DNA of 64,000 nucleotides, from assembly GCA_002256025.1 (NCBI GenBank), contig NKIB01012347.1, positions 1 to 64,000 on the forward strand. The letters are read 5' to 3'. The notes below the pieces were generated by a model. That model saw only the letters and a list, made by a program, of their open reading frames with translations. It had not been told where the DNA came from and searched no databases. Of this stretch, positions 24,263 through 36,506 are shown one piece after another; within the stretch, counting starts at the first letter, position 1; each line of letters opens with the position of its first letter. Both the position numbers and the translations under genes were made by a program. Source of the stretch: Asterionella formosa (Eukaryota).

Positions 24263-25450
24263 ATGCCTACTCGAGTTGTCTTGCGTGAACGACCATCGGT
24301 GCTTTCAACTTCCAGACGTCGCATTGGGGGGAATTTCCGATCGAGCTTGTCCATCAAAAGTTTCACCAGAGATGAGAGACTGACGGTGGAAGAGAACCTG
24401 CCGCAGCAGCCACGGCCTGTTAGCGACATTAGATCAAGTCCACGATTGGCAGGATACCTGTTTACGTGCATTGCCAGTGGAGTGATGTTGGCAAGTGTGC
24501 TCCAGTTCTTCGAAAACAAGAATACCTCCACTCCAACAGTTAGAAATAGGCAGCTTGAAATTGTCATAGCACAATCTGGCGGGAACAGCACCGAAACTGG
24601 AGTTAATGATGACTTTGTCAATACTCCTTTTAACGCGGTGGTACAGGGGTGGAAGCTGTATGGAGCTCTCACTGTTAGTATTTTCGGAGTCGCAGCTTAC
24701 TTACTTATCATACTGGCCCACATGGACACTGTGATTTATCCCAAGCTGTGGAAGTCTTTCTTTAAGGATGGTTCTATCAAGGAAAGGAACCTCCTCTGTT
24801 GGCTCATTTTATTTTGGGCTGCTGCTTTGCATATTTGCACATCGATTTATAGTGTGGGCTACGTGCAGGCAAATGTATACTTTACATGCTGGATTTGCTT
24901 CTTAACTGCGTGCTTCAATTTGAATGTTTGGAGGGCAGCTGCCAACCTGCCGAAACTTGGATCTGTGAGAACAAAACGAGAAACGACTCGAAACTGGTTA
25001 TGGACATGCATTTTTGCCCTGGCAACATCCTTGGCGCTTTCGGATGTCTATGTGAATCGCTCGCATTTGAATTTCGTTGTCAAAGGTGTGGCGTATGTAC
25101 CGCCAAAGAGTGAATGGATTCGGGGCTTGTGCTTGACATTTGGGGTTTTCACTGTGTCTGCTCTTATTATCTTGGTGAACGAAAAATTGGATTTGTCGTA
25201 CCAATGCAAGTTGCGTTCGCTGGAGAATATCATTTTTAATTGGAAAGGTTGCGAAGGCGTCATTCTCCTGAGCGTAATTGTGGTATGGGGATGGTTGACT
25301 GCAGTCTATACGGGCGTATCTGGGGCAGTGCACGGTCCAGGAAATGTATACTTTGGACTCTGGTGTACTTTCTTCTCTTCATTCATCACATTAGGTACTT
25401 GGCTGAAGGAGCTGGGTGTGGTTGATCTTAACAATATTGGCGTAACATAA
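24263..25450 (+). CDS. Uncharacterised multi-pass membrane protein
   Basis: 395-aa ORF with ~8 hydrophobic helices. The motifs ANVYFTCW and GNVYFGLW suggest an internal two-fold repeat. Confidence 0.75.
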   Translation: MPTRVVLRERPSVLSTSRRRIGGNFRSSLSIKSFTRDERLTVEENLPQQPRPVSDIRSSPRLAGYLFTCIASGVMLASVLQFFENKNTSTPTVRNRQLEIVIAQSGGNSTETGVNDDFVNTPFNAVVQGWKLYGALTVSIFGVAAYLLIILAHMDTVIYPKLWKSFFKDGSIKERNLLCWLILFWAAALHICTSIYSVGYVQANVYFTCWICFLTACFNLNVWRAAANLPKLGSVRTKRETTRNWLWTCIFALATSLALSDVYVNRSHLNFVVKGVAYVPPKSEWIRGLCLTFGVFTVSALIILVNEKLDLSYQCKLRSLENIIFNWKGCEGVILLSVIVVWGWLTAVYTGVSGAVHGPGNVYFGLWCTFFSSFITLGTWLKELGVVDLNNIGVT

Positions 25451-27062
25451 CCACATTCCCGTGTTTCTGCTGTTTGATTGGACTGCAATCGCACCAATAT
25501 TATGTACAGCAAGCTTTGTAATTGGAAATTCCATAGAGGGATCTATTTCACTTCACCTCTATGTTAAAGACTCCTTTTAATGAATAATTTTTCTAGATTT
25601 TCTTGCTTAAATACATCAACTAAGGTAAGGTAAACCATGTAGTAACAACCGCTATTTGCACACAGTTATTCATACATATTATGTAAAGCTATACTATTAA
25701 ATACCGGAGTACCCATATATACATATATCATAGGTGCAGGCTACATAGACTGCGAAAGTTTACACATATATAATGTATGTATACACATACTGGGTATCAG
25801 TTAGTGCATTGATATGTAATACATCATCATTCTTTGCTTTGATGCTCCTGGGCTGAGGGAAGATACAATGAATACAATCCTGTAGCTAGGTTGGTACCGG
25901 GTACTAATGCGCTTTAAAAATTGTTAAAATATATATCCAGGATATGCGTCTTGAGAACACCCAGAGTTGAAATACAACTCAGTGAGTACTGTCAGGACAT
26001 AGTACAAATTTCGATGTAACGTTCTGTAGACAATCTTACTGGTACTAGTTTCACTCGTTTGTTTTCTAAAAGAGTAAGCTTAAACTAAACGTAATTTTGA
26101 AATGTAGTTCAATTGAAATATGGCAACTCCAATATGTTTCTGAAATGAATTGTTCTTTGTCCCTTGGAGGCGAGGTTGTTCATAGTTCCTACAGGTGTAG
26201 TGAAGTAGATTACATCCTCTTCCTTGCAACATATATATCCATCTAGCTTAGATTCTAGGACATAAATGTTCCTTGACTGAATACTTCTTTCAGGTAGATC
26301 CAAAAGGATGACTCGATTGTTCCTCAATCCTTTGGAAAAAACTGATTAGTCTCTCCAATCACTCTTGGTTGAAGGTTAGGTGATCTTGTTTGGAAAGGCA
26401 ACATAGGGGAAACTGCCTATGTTTGAGATTTACCATCAGTATACTGGTACTTTCTTTCCTGCATAGAGTTCGCACTTCAACATTGTCCTTTATCAAGTGT
26501 CTGAAGGTTATTAATCTTGGTACTGAATTGTGCATAGTTCCATCAAGCACAACGAACCTAATAGGGAAATGTTGTCTAGACACAAAAGTGGCGACCTAAT
26601 TGGAAATCAGGAATCAAGAATTCTTCTGTGTTTCAACTCTCGGTACACATCATGTTTATTTTGTGGTACACCGGCCGTAAAATACATTTAATTAATATGC
26701 ACATGTCACATATTATATATATAAATGCAAAGAAATCCGTAGGAACAAAATTATTTCATACATGACACATCGTTAGCTAGGAATTAAAAGGTGTGCTAGG
26801 CACTGTGTACCGGTAAAATCAGCTCCGCACGACTGATCTACCAGCATGCAATACATCGCGAGATAATTTACTAGACTACCTGGTATATCTGGATTGACCC
26901 CGCATCGTGAAGTATACTACCAGGTACCTGGTACCGGTAACCTCTAGCATTCTAGTCCCTCCTTTCTTACCACTCGGCACATACGAACGCAGCCTCTCCT
27001 TTCGATCCACCATTTCTCCTCACCAAAACAATCAAGATCTTCCTATAATTCTAGCTGATCGT

Positions 27063-28163
27063 ATGTCATCAGAAACAGAAGCGAAGGAGCGGAACGACAT
27101 TTTGGTTTTCATCAGCATGATCGAACAGAAGTTCTGCAGAGTAGTAAATCCACGAAGATTCCTTGCGCTCGTGTTGGCCGTGGTTATTCTCTCTGTATCT
27201 GCTATGGCAGTGGCAGATGATCGTATGGAAGGATCAGTCACTTCGAATGGTGTTCTCGGAACTAACGCAGCAGCAACTGTTCGAATGGGAGGAACATCTA
27301 CGCGTAGCTTTGCAGATGCAGCAGGCATGGCACCAGAGGCACCGGAAATGAAACTGATGAACTACGTTGGCGCTTCAGACATGGTTATGGATGGTGCTGA
27401 GCGTTCAGTTAATATTGGCAGTGATTTTGCAAGGGAATACGGTGATGCTATGAAGGCAATCCCGAAACCACGAGCCAGTCAACAACGTATGCTTGTCCAT
27501 GACGGAAACCTCTCCATAAATGCGAGAAAAGGTGAACTCACTAGTCTTGGAGATAAAATTGAAATAATGGTCAAGGAGTCTAAGGGTTATATTGAAAGCA
27601 CGAATGCATACAAATCAGGAAATTTCAATAATGACCAAAACATGCTTGACCTTCGTGTAAAGATTCCTTCTGATTTGTTTCATTCCGTTGTCAAGAAGAT
27701 TCAAGATTTTACCGGGAACGATATGATAACCAGTATCTCCATTAACTCACACGATGTTACGGATCAATTCATCGATGCGAACTCAAGAGCTGACACGCTG
27801 GATGCATCGCGTACTGCACTTCGAACTCTCATGGAGAAGGCAAGAAATGTGAATGAAGTTATGAACGTTCAGCGAGAATTGAATCAATTGACCCAACAGT
27901 ATGAGAGCCACAAAAGGAGCATGCAGTATATGCAAAATCAGGCGGATCTGAGTTCACTGTATGTACACATCAAGGAGGATCTTGTTATTGAGCTGGATAA
28001 GCCCAAACCAATTTTTTCGCCGTCCCGATCGCTCCGTCTCGCTTTGGCACATGTTGCAATGTGTAGTGGTTTTGTGGTCGACACCATTATCTACTCTGCT
28101 GTTTGGGTCATTCCTTTCTGCTTCGTCTTTTTCATCGTCTCCCTTCTTATCAAGAAAAAGTAA
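27063..28163 (+). CDS. DUF4349-domain protein with N- and C-terminal transmembrane segments
   Basis: Likely start MSSETEAK at 27063. DUF4349-like core RMLVHDGNL...GYIES...LRVKIPSDLF...SHDVTDQFID...LMEKARNVNEVMNVQREL...ADLSSLYVHIKE. No introns. Confidence 0.8.
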   Translation: MSSETEAKERNDILVFISMIEQKFCRVVNPRRFLALVLAVVILSVSAMAVADDRMEGSVTSNGVLGTNAAATVRMGGTSTRSFADAAGMAPEAPEMKLMNYVGASDMVMDGAERSVNIGSDFAREYGDAMKAIPKPRASQQRMLVHDGNLSINARKGELTSLGDKIEIMVKESKGYIESTNAYKSGNFNNDQNMLDLRVKIPSDLFHSVVKKIQDFTGNDMITSISINSHDVTDQFIDANSRADTLDASRTALRTLMEKARNVNEVMNVQRELNQLTQQYESHKRSMQYMQNQADLSSLYVHIKEDLVIELDKPKPIFSPSRSLRLALAHVAMCSGFVVDTIIYSAVWVIPFCFVFFIVSLLIKKK

Positions 28164-28319
28164 CTATTCCGCTGTTTTGCGAAGGGACGCCCAGGCTATT
28201 ACCCCCCCCCCCCCGCTCTCATCTCAAATTCATTGCTATTTATATGATTATGTAATGTGATATATAACTTCACTAAATTGATGTTTTACGATTGTTTCAG
28301 TGGATAGTGTGCACCTGAG

Positions 28320-30299
28320 TTAGAGCCCGCGAGACTGTGACTTCTTCAGCATCTCCAGTCGATCCATAAGTTTCTTGGCCTCGTCGATAGCATATTCATT
28401 CCGCTGATCGACTTGAACTGCTTCGTACATGATACGACCTTTTTGATTAATATCTTCCGTGCAGTGTGCCTTGGCTACCAAGAGGTTACTTTTTGTTCGA
28501 GACAACATGTGTGGTTGATTTCTGGGACCTCCCGACTGCGCTTTTTCTTCCAAAACTTCCATTGCTTCGTCAATAAACAACATAGCTTCGTCACACCGCC
28601 TCAGATTTTGGAGCACCATCGCGTATACAAACGTGTTGGACGGGCCGTCGACTCTTGCACTCCCGATGGGTCGCATAACTTGCTCAGCCTCTTGGAAGCG
28701 CTGTTTAATGCTTAACTCATACCCGCAATTGTACATGGTATGGTGAGACCGAGGGTTAATCTTATATGCTGCCAGCCATAGATTGAGTGAGTGAGACCAT
28801 GCAATGTTGCGAGCGTATTGTACTGAAGTGAGAAAGTATATTTGAGAGAAAATCAGTATGTGCCCAATCCAGTGAGCTCCAAGTCTTTTCGAGATTGCCG
28901 GGGCCAAAGGTAAAGTGGTTTCAACCAAATTTTCTGATTCTAATGAACCAACCGATATTTCATTTACATGTCTCATCCCAAATAACGCCTTGAAGAGCTG
29001 GACTTCGATCATGAAGAAACCCAATAAAGGCAAATAAATCACACGGTCCGCCTTCATGAGTCCAACCACAACAAGAATGTTCGACGACAACAAGAACGGT
29101 GAAAACATAAATGCCAAGAATCCCAAAATCATGACACGGCGTGTATCTTTGAAATTCTTTGACGCATTTGGTGGTGGTCCCACAACGAGCGAGTACAACG
29201 CGTATCCCGCAGCTCCCCATAAGAGCAACACGTTCCAAATGCGTGTATCTGTACCATCTTCAATCAAATCAATGGATGCACCACTCCAGTCTGGAGAAAG
29301 GAATAGTGGATAGACAGAGTCGAAAATGTATAAACAATAAACCCAACTGACCGAAAAAATCCGAGTGAAAGGGTCTTTGCTAAACCCAGCTGGGTTCTGG
29401 TCAAATATAAAGTCTGGACTTGTCTCGCCATTTAAATAAATGCGAAAAGCCACCAAAATCAAAGTTTGAGCAGCCAGAATACCTGTTCTTCTCGAAAAGG
29501 CAATCACAGTAGCGTCCTTGTTCCAAAGTTTTAAAATAAAATCTCGGACACTTTCGAAATGAGTCATGAAGTCGTAAATCGCCAGACTAATCAACGTCGT
29601 AGCTCCTTGTTCCTTGCTAAATAACGATAGTCCCATACCTATCCACGGAAATATGAACAATCCAATAATGGAGGAGAATCTTCCAGAATTTCGTGAGGGT
29701 AGGTTGGTTGCAAAGCTGAGAAAAGCAAGACAGAAAAAAATCGACATGAGCATTTCTCCGCGACTGGTAATGTTGGTGACGGCTTCCGCATGCACCGGGT
29801 GAATGGCGAAAAGGGTCCCTGTCAAGATCTGACAAATGATATCAATGTCAGTGTTATCGGGCCACACAAAGGCCGCCACTTCCGTGACCAACCCAGTCGC
29901 AATTCCATGCAAAGCGACGTTCACGACGTGATACCAATGAGTGTTGACTCCCTCCCTGCCAAAGTGTTCGTTCAGAATCCAGTTCAGTTTGAAGGTAATG
30001 GTAGTGAGGGGCCTAAATGACTTGTGTGATGTAACTTCTTTCATGGAAGTGCCCCAGAAATCGCGAGTAAAGACATCAGTCCAGGGAACTTGGCCGTTGA
30101 CAACAATGTTCTTCAGCACTGATCCAGCGTCGTCATAGACCCAGTTTCCAGTCAAGGCTTGCTTATCCCAGTACGCAATAATGGCGACAGCAGCGATCCA
30201 GACTGAAGGACGAGCGAACAAGCGGAGAAGGGACATGAATAGGCTCATGATGCTCAACAAGGAATTGATAAGATTGCTAACGCGAACAGTGAGCTCCAT
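28320..30299 (-). CDS. TMTC: TMTC-family protein O-mannosyltransferase (GT-C/DUF1736 + TPR)
   Basis: Motifs WVYDD, SHKSFRPLTT, LFAIHPVHAEAV, LFSKEQG, DQNPAGF, LSPDWS, ADRVIYLP, plus a TPR-like C-terminus. The true start may be a downstream Met. Confidence 0.9.
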   Translation of the reverse strand: MELTVRVSNLINSLLSIMSLFMSLLRLFARPSVWIAAVAIIAYWDKQALTGNWVYDDAGSVLKNIVVNGQVPWTDVFTRDFWGTSMKEVTSHKSFRPLTTITFKLNWILNEHFGREGVNTHWYHVVNVALHGIATGLVTEVAAFVWPDNTDIDIICQILTGTLFAIHPVHAEAVTNITSRGEMLMSIFFCLAFLSFATNLPSRNSGRFSSIIGLFIFPWIGMGLSLFSKEQGATTLISLAIYDFMTHFESVRDFILKLWNKDATVIAFSRRTGILAAQTLILVAFRIYLNGETSPDFIFDQNPAGFSKDPFTRIFSVSWVYCLYIFDSVYPLFLSPDWSGASIDLIEDGTDTRIWNVLLLWGAAGYALYSLVVGPPPNASKNFKDTRRVMILGFLAFMFSPFLLSSNILVVVGLMKADRVIYLPLLGFFMIEVQLFKALFGMRHVNEISVGSLESENLVETTLPLAPAISKRLGAHWIGHILIFSQIYFLTSVQYARNIAWSHSLNLWLAAYKINPRSHHTMYNCGYELSIKQRFQEAEQVMRPIGSARVDGPSNTFVYAMVLQNLRRCDEAMLFIDEAMEVLEEKAQSGGPRNQPHMLSRTKSNLLVAKAHCTEDINQKGRIMYEAVQVDQRNEYAIDEAKKLMDRLEMLKKSQSRGL

Positions 30300-30699
30300 A
30301 TGTAGTGTTAGTATACCGGTAATGTACCGGAATGAGTTTGTCGTCTTTTACTACATACATAGAGAACTTCCATTTGTCCTTGATGATTCATTATATACAT
30401 GCACGAGGGTAATATAATTAGATGTGACATTTGGACAACCACCTCCTCGCATTGTGCTGCATTGATGTTTGACGAAAATCAAGAGCATTCTATCCATAAT
30501 TCGAAACTCAGGTGATTATTCCTTGCAGAATCGATGTGACTGATTTGACTACCAGGTACCAGTAGTCTAGAATGCCTTCCTTAATGTTTGATGTAAAATG
30601 CTCTTCCTTTTAACCTTAAGAAATACTTCATCCATTGCAAAAGGATATAACACATTATTGTGGTGGTGTGGTAATATTATCCCCCTTGACTGCATGATA

Positions 30700-33600
30700 C
30701 TTGTTCAAATATGCATCATCATACCCTATCCAAAATAGTAAGAATGGCCTGGCCATAAATGTCCAGATAGCTAACTGCCCCTCTCATACTTTAAATATTC
30801 CAATTGTAAATTTCATATGTTCAGCTTTTGGATTACTCAATCCTGCAATTGCCCTTCATATAAAATATAATTTGGACATTTCATGGATATGCTCCGTTTT
30901 TGGACTGCCAAACTACCTTCAATATTTTCAATAGCCCCTAGATTTGCCTGCCGAAATGGACTGCCGTTTATTCAAGGGAAATGGATTACTGACATCTATT
31001 GCCCCCTATGGACTGCCACTTACTTAAGGAAAATGGACTGCCGAAATTGGAAGGGAGTAGGATGAACCACGTGAAGGCACTGAGCGAGGGCACGGCATGA
31101 TGGTTTTCTGTAAAGTTTCGACAGAAATTCCTCTTCACAATGCTCCTTCTCATCAACCAGCCATGTCAAGTCTTACACAAACTCTGTTCATTGATGACTC
31201 AAGTATCGACTTTTCACCATCTAGCTAATGGATGTGGCTGGCTGGTTGTTGGATGATTCGACTTCTGGTGGGATTCATGTCATTGCATCATACATGCTTC
31301 GTCGTGGTGGCGCCAAAATTTCTGTTCCCCTTTCTGTTGAATTTCGAAATCCTTTCCGGACACCTGCTTCAATCGATTTGATAGACACTGATGAATCAGA
31401 TGATGATCCATCAATAATCAGTTTGATCAATCATTTGGGATCAAAATTGTCAAATGATTACGGTGAGTCGAATTGAGGCTTCCATGGTCTCAGATTCGCA
31501 ATTTTCGGCGGTTTTCAGACGTTTAAAATTTAAAATATTTTTTACAGGTATGTTTTCTACGGATGCCTCTGATAGTATGAGACCTCGGCAGCAACTTTGG
31601 GTGCTGTTTTGTTGGCTTTCCGCTTCTCTAAAATAGTAGCACTGTATCTATGTTTTCTAATGACAATATTACTTTTCTCACTTTTTAATGCTATTAATCG
31701 ACTACAATGGCACCGAAAAGTCGCTACTCCCAACAAGCTATCTCGAAGTCTGCCAAGCAAAAGGAACACGAAGAGAACCAGCGCATCGCGTTATCCATAT
31801 GGTACAAGCAACAAAGGAGAGGTATGTGATGGTTGATTGTTGTCGCTCGTAACTTGTTCCCGCCATGGTTTATCCTTCTCAATATTTCCTTTCTTTAGAA
31901 CTTTGAAGAATGCATCCCATCCTGCTAATCCTCCCCCTCCTGATGCTCCCAACAAGAAATCTCTAGTATTATCCGCAGTTAGTTTGTTTTCTGGTGGTGA
32001 AGATGGTGGGGAAAGGTAGTATGTTCACTGCTGATTGTTATTTCCATTCGTTCGTTCTTCAGATAGCTATTCACATCAGTTTTTTTCATCCACCCCATAG
32101 CATTCCATCCCAGTGCGTTCCTATGAATACGAAGCCGCAATATAATGTTCAATTCGAAGTTGAATGTAATCTGTCTTCCTTTTCAATTTTGGAGTGACGA
32201 TGAAGATTTGGAGTCTGATTCTGGATCTGACTCTGCTACTACCGAATCAAATCTTGCCATCTCGTCGACTCCTGGCGCTTCTTCCTTTCCACAAGAAAGC
32301 ATATCAGTCTCCGACTATGCCACCGCCATTCAAGCTTCCGCTACTATTTATGGATCAAGTGAACAGACAGCGGAAATACGAGCAATGAATCACAACACAG
32401 GAAAATACAGCAAGATATTTACCCTTCTTATGCAACACAGATTCTTCGAGACACTGTCAAGCAATCCTACCCTGGCTTCCCTCGGAAATTTTGACACCGA
32501 CCCGTCTAACAGCACCATTCCTTGCAGATGATTCTATTTGTTGTGCCGCGGCAATCGCCAACTAGCTACCAAGTCAATTTTCAATGCATGCGCCCTCCAC
32601 TTTGGCACTCGCCTCTTCAAAAAGAAATCCAACCAGGTGCTTAATGGTGCTGCCTGTGACGAAGACATCGCGAGTGCGATGTATCAACCGAACACCACCC
32701 AAACTTTGCTTAAAACACTTTTACGAGTCTTCTCCCGACAAAGTATTCCATACTCCCTGACTTAAAGATTTCAATGGAGAGGGTGAGATACAGGCTTTAT
32801 TCAAGAGGAACATGGGGATTGCATCCAAGCATCGTCCTTTGGAGTAGGATCAAAAGCCCTTAGCATCGAATTTCGATGCTGACGAGGACGCAAAGCTATT
32901 ATTACTGCGGCTCTTACCTTTTGAAGACTACAATGACTGCATCAAGTTGATTGTATGGAAGCTGGGAAAGGCATTTGGTGTCAGGGGGTCTATTGAAATG
33001 TCAGAATTGACATTCGACAAGGTGACCGTCGGAATTTTGAGTGGGCTGCGCACTGTCGTTCTTCATCACAGTGACGCAGAAAAAAATAATGCACTTCCTC
33101 TACAGAAAACTGAGCGTAGTTAGTACGCCATTTTACACAAGCACACAATGATTGAGGATACACGCTGCAACATGCAACCTTAATTGTATTGTGAAACTTG
33201 TGCATCATTACCGTGATAACCTTTGCTCTCCTGAGATGATTGCTAGCAATGAACCGTTCTTTCGAAGGAGAGCTCCTGAGAAGTAAGTAACTTCAGGTAA
33301 GTGCTTGGCTTTTTATTGTTTATATCTAGTACTACTTTGTTTTGTTATTTCCTACTTGACAATATCACTAACATGCATTGCTTGCTATGATTTGATTCTA
33401 TATTAACACAGCTAAGACGTAAACTAGGAATTCTCTATGAAACTGGACACAAGATTGGTGACTGTTTTGGTAAAGGTTATGGAACTAGAATTTGCGTAGA
33501 CCTTGCAACTGCTTCTGGGATGGAAAAACCAGATCGTTGCACAGCTCATGGCCGGAGAAAGAGCATGATCTCTGCTCTGGTAAACTCAACTGTTTCCCTT

Positions 33601-34700
33601 CCAACCAAGATTGTTCTTGATAAATCGAGGCACTCTTCTGCCGAAATTAACTCCAGATATCAGAACCCTTCCATGGAGATGCAACACCAGGCCTGCATTG
33701 CAGTTTTTGAAAAGGTCGAGAGTGCTTTCCCAGGGGAGTTTCAGGTGGCACCTGAAACTCCTCAATCAGTTTCATCATCTTCCATACTAATACCTACAGT
33801 CATGCCCTCTACATCGAATCCTATTGGTTGTTGCGTTGTAACTCCTGCTGTTCCACTAGCTCAACCAGCCTCCCAATACTTCCTGCTGGTATCTAACCAC
33901 CCTCCGCCACCTTCTCCAGTGCCAACAACATATCATGCCATATCTACCTATCATCCTCCTCCTCCAACCTATTCCTCCTCCTATCACCACCCACCCTCTT
34001 CCTACCCAACGCACACCAAGCCACCATCATCAACCTGTATACATGTCGAGCCCTCCTCCTCCTCCTCCTCCTCCTGCCGGATACTACCAGCACCAGCACC
34101 AACCATATACTATCAAGCCGTTGCTCCACAGCAACCTCCACCACAAGCCATCATCACTCCAGCACCCACTCCTTGTGAACCTATTTATGTATCAGTTGCT
34201 GCCGCTCCTCTAGGACCGATCTGAACATTTCTGCCATTCCAATTCGACAACAACAAAAAGTGTGAGTTGACAATTCTTAATGAACATGCATTGACAATTT
34301 TTCACAAGATTTTTCTGCTGACCCATTATCTTTTTCACTATCTATTCTACTCCCTCTCCTTCATTGTCACTTCTTACCTTTCATTTTCCGGTTCATAGCT
34401 ACTTTGGTTGCTGAAAAGAAATACATCGAATTTTTTGACATTTGCTACAATCATTCTTGTGTGACTTTTCATGCATATTCCTTCCATTTTGGTGCACCAT
34501 GCATTTTCGATGTGGTGGTATCGATTTTTAATGTTCTGATTCAAAATTCAACCCCACACGATTTTCAAACGTTCCTCAGAAAATTCTACTCCTCATGTGT
34601 TTATAACCATCCCTGCTAAAACCTAAAATTGGACTGCCGAAAGATCCACTGTGCCCCTATATTGCCCCTAAATAAAAATTACTTAAAGATACCAAAAATT
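30700..34700 (+). mobile_element. Degenerate Crypton-like (tyrosine recombinase) DNA transposon with intron(s)
   Basis: Fragments YQPNTTQTLLKTL (~32680), FGVRG (box I Arg, ~32975) and RCTAHGRRK...SRHSSAEINSRY (HxxR, H, catalytic Y; 33535-33660). GTAAGT...CTAAC...CAG intron at ~33297-33411. Pro-rich tail. TGGACTGCC and TGCCCCT motifs at both ends. No RT. Boundaries are approximate. Confidence 0.72.
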
Positions 34701-34922
34701 ACTTAGACACCCACAGTTCTCATCGAAAAGCAAGACGATAGCTGGAGCGGGAATTGCTGCAGTACATATGAGGGCAGTTTCGAAAGTGGGAAATGTGACG
34801 GCTTTATAGCTATGTGGACATGAACTTGAGTTGCTGATGGTCAACGACAATTCATTCCACTTGCTTACCCGGTAACTGTCCAGGGTGCTCGAAACATCTT
34901 AGCTATATCGATTGTGATCATT

Positions 34923-36506
34923 ATGCCTGTAGTTTCAGCTACTCACCGAGAAGAAGTGCTCCTAGATCAGGCCTATATATATCAGAACAGTAAAACTGGC
35001 TTACTATCGAAACCACTGACGGCATCACAATTTATTTTGCTTTTATCCCCAGCTGCGGGAGTTATTTTGGAACATATAACCCCCAAAACCAATCTACTAA
35101 AGGTTCAAGATAATGCATACGAGCAGGAATGGAAGTGTGCTGATTCGATACCCGTTCTGAAGCTAGCGTGTACCCGATATCACTATCAGAGTGCAACCGA
35201 TGGAGCCAGTCTGGGCCCAGTGTCTTGCCGTGAACTCAGCAAGTTGTTGGAAAATGGAGAAATTGAAACATCTACTCTAGTTTGGTCTGAAGCAGCTGTA
35301 GACGAAGGTTGGAAATCGATTCAGGAGCTACCAGAATTGGAAGCTGTCCTGAATGTCTTCCAAGTCCAAAATATCTGCATACAAACGTCTCGTCTCGACG
35401 TCGATCAAACTAGCACCGGGGTTCAAGATGAACTAGAAGCGTTTCTTCAGTCAACGGAAAAGATTGGTATTTTTCAAGGTGAAGATGTGGATCACGAAGA
35501 AGGGTATCAGTCAGATAATGGCACCAACTATATCAAAGACCCATCCACTGGAAATTGGATCCATGAGGCGCTCGTTCCACGGAGGATGCAGGAAACAGCT
35601 GCGCGCTTGGAGCGAGCACCTGAAAGGATACAAGAGAATCCCGACAAGAAACGAAGAAAGAAAACAAAATTTTCCAACAAACACATGCGCAACTGGATCT
35701 ACATTACTGGATTGCCCAGCGATACATCAATTCAGGAAGTTTCTCGAGTGTTTGAAAAGGTAGGAATTATCGACTTAGATCCAGAAAGTCAAACACCCAA
35801 GATAAAGATATATCGGTACAGAGACGGAGAAAGGAAAGGGGAAATCAAAGGTGACGCATCTTTGTGCTTCGCTCGTCCTGAATCCGTCGATCTTGCGATA
35901 CAGCTGTTTGACGACGCACCTTTTCGACTAGACGAGCCTAAACACAATATAATTAATGTGCAAAGGGCCAAGTTTGAGCAAGAAGGGAAGGACTACGACA
36001 CAAAGAGACCCAAGATTTCAAATGCGAAGAGGAAGGTGGCTAAACTAGCGGCGCTACAAGCTGTTGGATGGGATGAAAGTGAAAACGGTCGTCTCACAGG
36101 TGGACGGAAGGGTCTATGTATTGTGGTGTTGAAACATCTATTCACTCTCGACGAACTTGAGGACGACGAAGATGCTGTATTGGCCCAGCTCGAAATCGAT
36201 ATTCGAAGTGAGTGTGAGAAATGGGGCCAGATTGAAAAACTAACAGTGTTTTCGAAAAATCCCCAAGGTGTTGTTATTCTGAAATTTAGCCAACCTGTGG
36301 TGGCATCAAGAACAGTAAAGGAATTCAATGGACGAATATTTAATGGGCGTAAGATCGACGCAACATTTTGGGACGGTGTTACGGACTATACTGTCATCGA
36401 CGAGGAGAGAGAGAAAATTGAAGGGGAAATGAGACACGAGGAATTCGGAAGCTGGTTGGAAGATCAGGAACTACCAGAAGCACTTCGGTTGCGAGTGGAG
36501 CATTGA
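34923..36506 (+). CDS. HTATSF1: HIV Tat-specific factor 1 / CUS2-like U2 snRNP splicing factor with N-terminal GYF_2-like domain
   Basis: RRM1 WIYITGLP...GIID.D...PKIKIY...KGDASLCFARPESVDLAIQL, VQRAKF, and UHM VVLKHLFT...DIRSECEKWG...NPQGV...NGRIFNGRKI.A.FWDG. Confidence 0.9.
   Translation: MPVVSATHREEVLLDQAYIYQNSKTGLLSKPLTASQFILLLSPAAGVILEHITPKTNLLKVQDNAYEQEWKCADSIPVLKLACTRYHYQSATDGASLGPVSCRELSKLLENGEIETSTLVWSEAAVDEGWKSIQELPELEAVLNVFQVQNICIQTSRLDVDQTSTGVQDELEAFLQSTEKIGIFQGEDVDHEEGYQSDNGTNYIKDPSTGNWIHEALVPRRMQETAARLERAPERIQENPDKKRRKKTKFSNKHMRNWIYITGLPSDTSIQEVSRVFEKVGIIDLDPESQTPKIKIYRYRDGERKGEIKGDASLCFARPESVDLAIQLFDDAPFRLDEPKHNIINVQRAKFEQEGKDYDTKRPKISNAKRKVAKLAALQAVGWDESENGRLTGGRKGLCIVVLKHLFTLDELEDDEDAVLAQLEIDIRSECEKWGQIEKLTVFSKNPQGVVILKFSQPVVASRTVKEFNGRIFNGRKIDATFWDGVTDYTVIDEEREKIEGEMRHEEFGSWLEDQELPEALRLRVEH

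Noticed and set aside
26109..26583. Possible CRESS-virus Rep helicase relic (VILLDLP...LESKLDGYI)
   Set aside because: Only a vague Walker B-like resemblance, with no Walker A or HUH motifs. An HMM search would be needed.
33935..34213. Pro-rich ORF as a separate gene
   Set aside because: It is an alternative frame of the recombinase's low-complexity tail.
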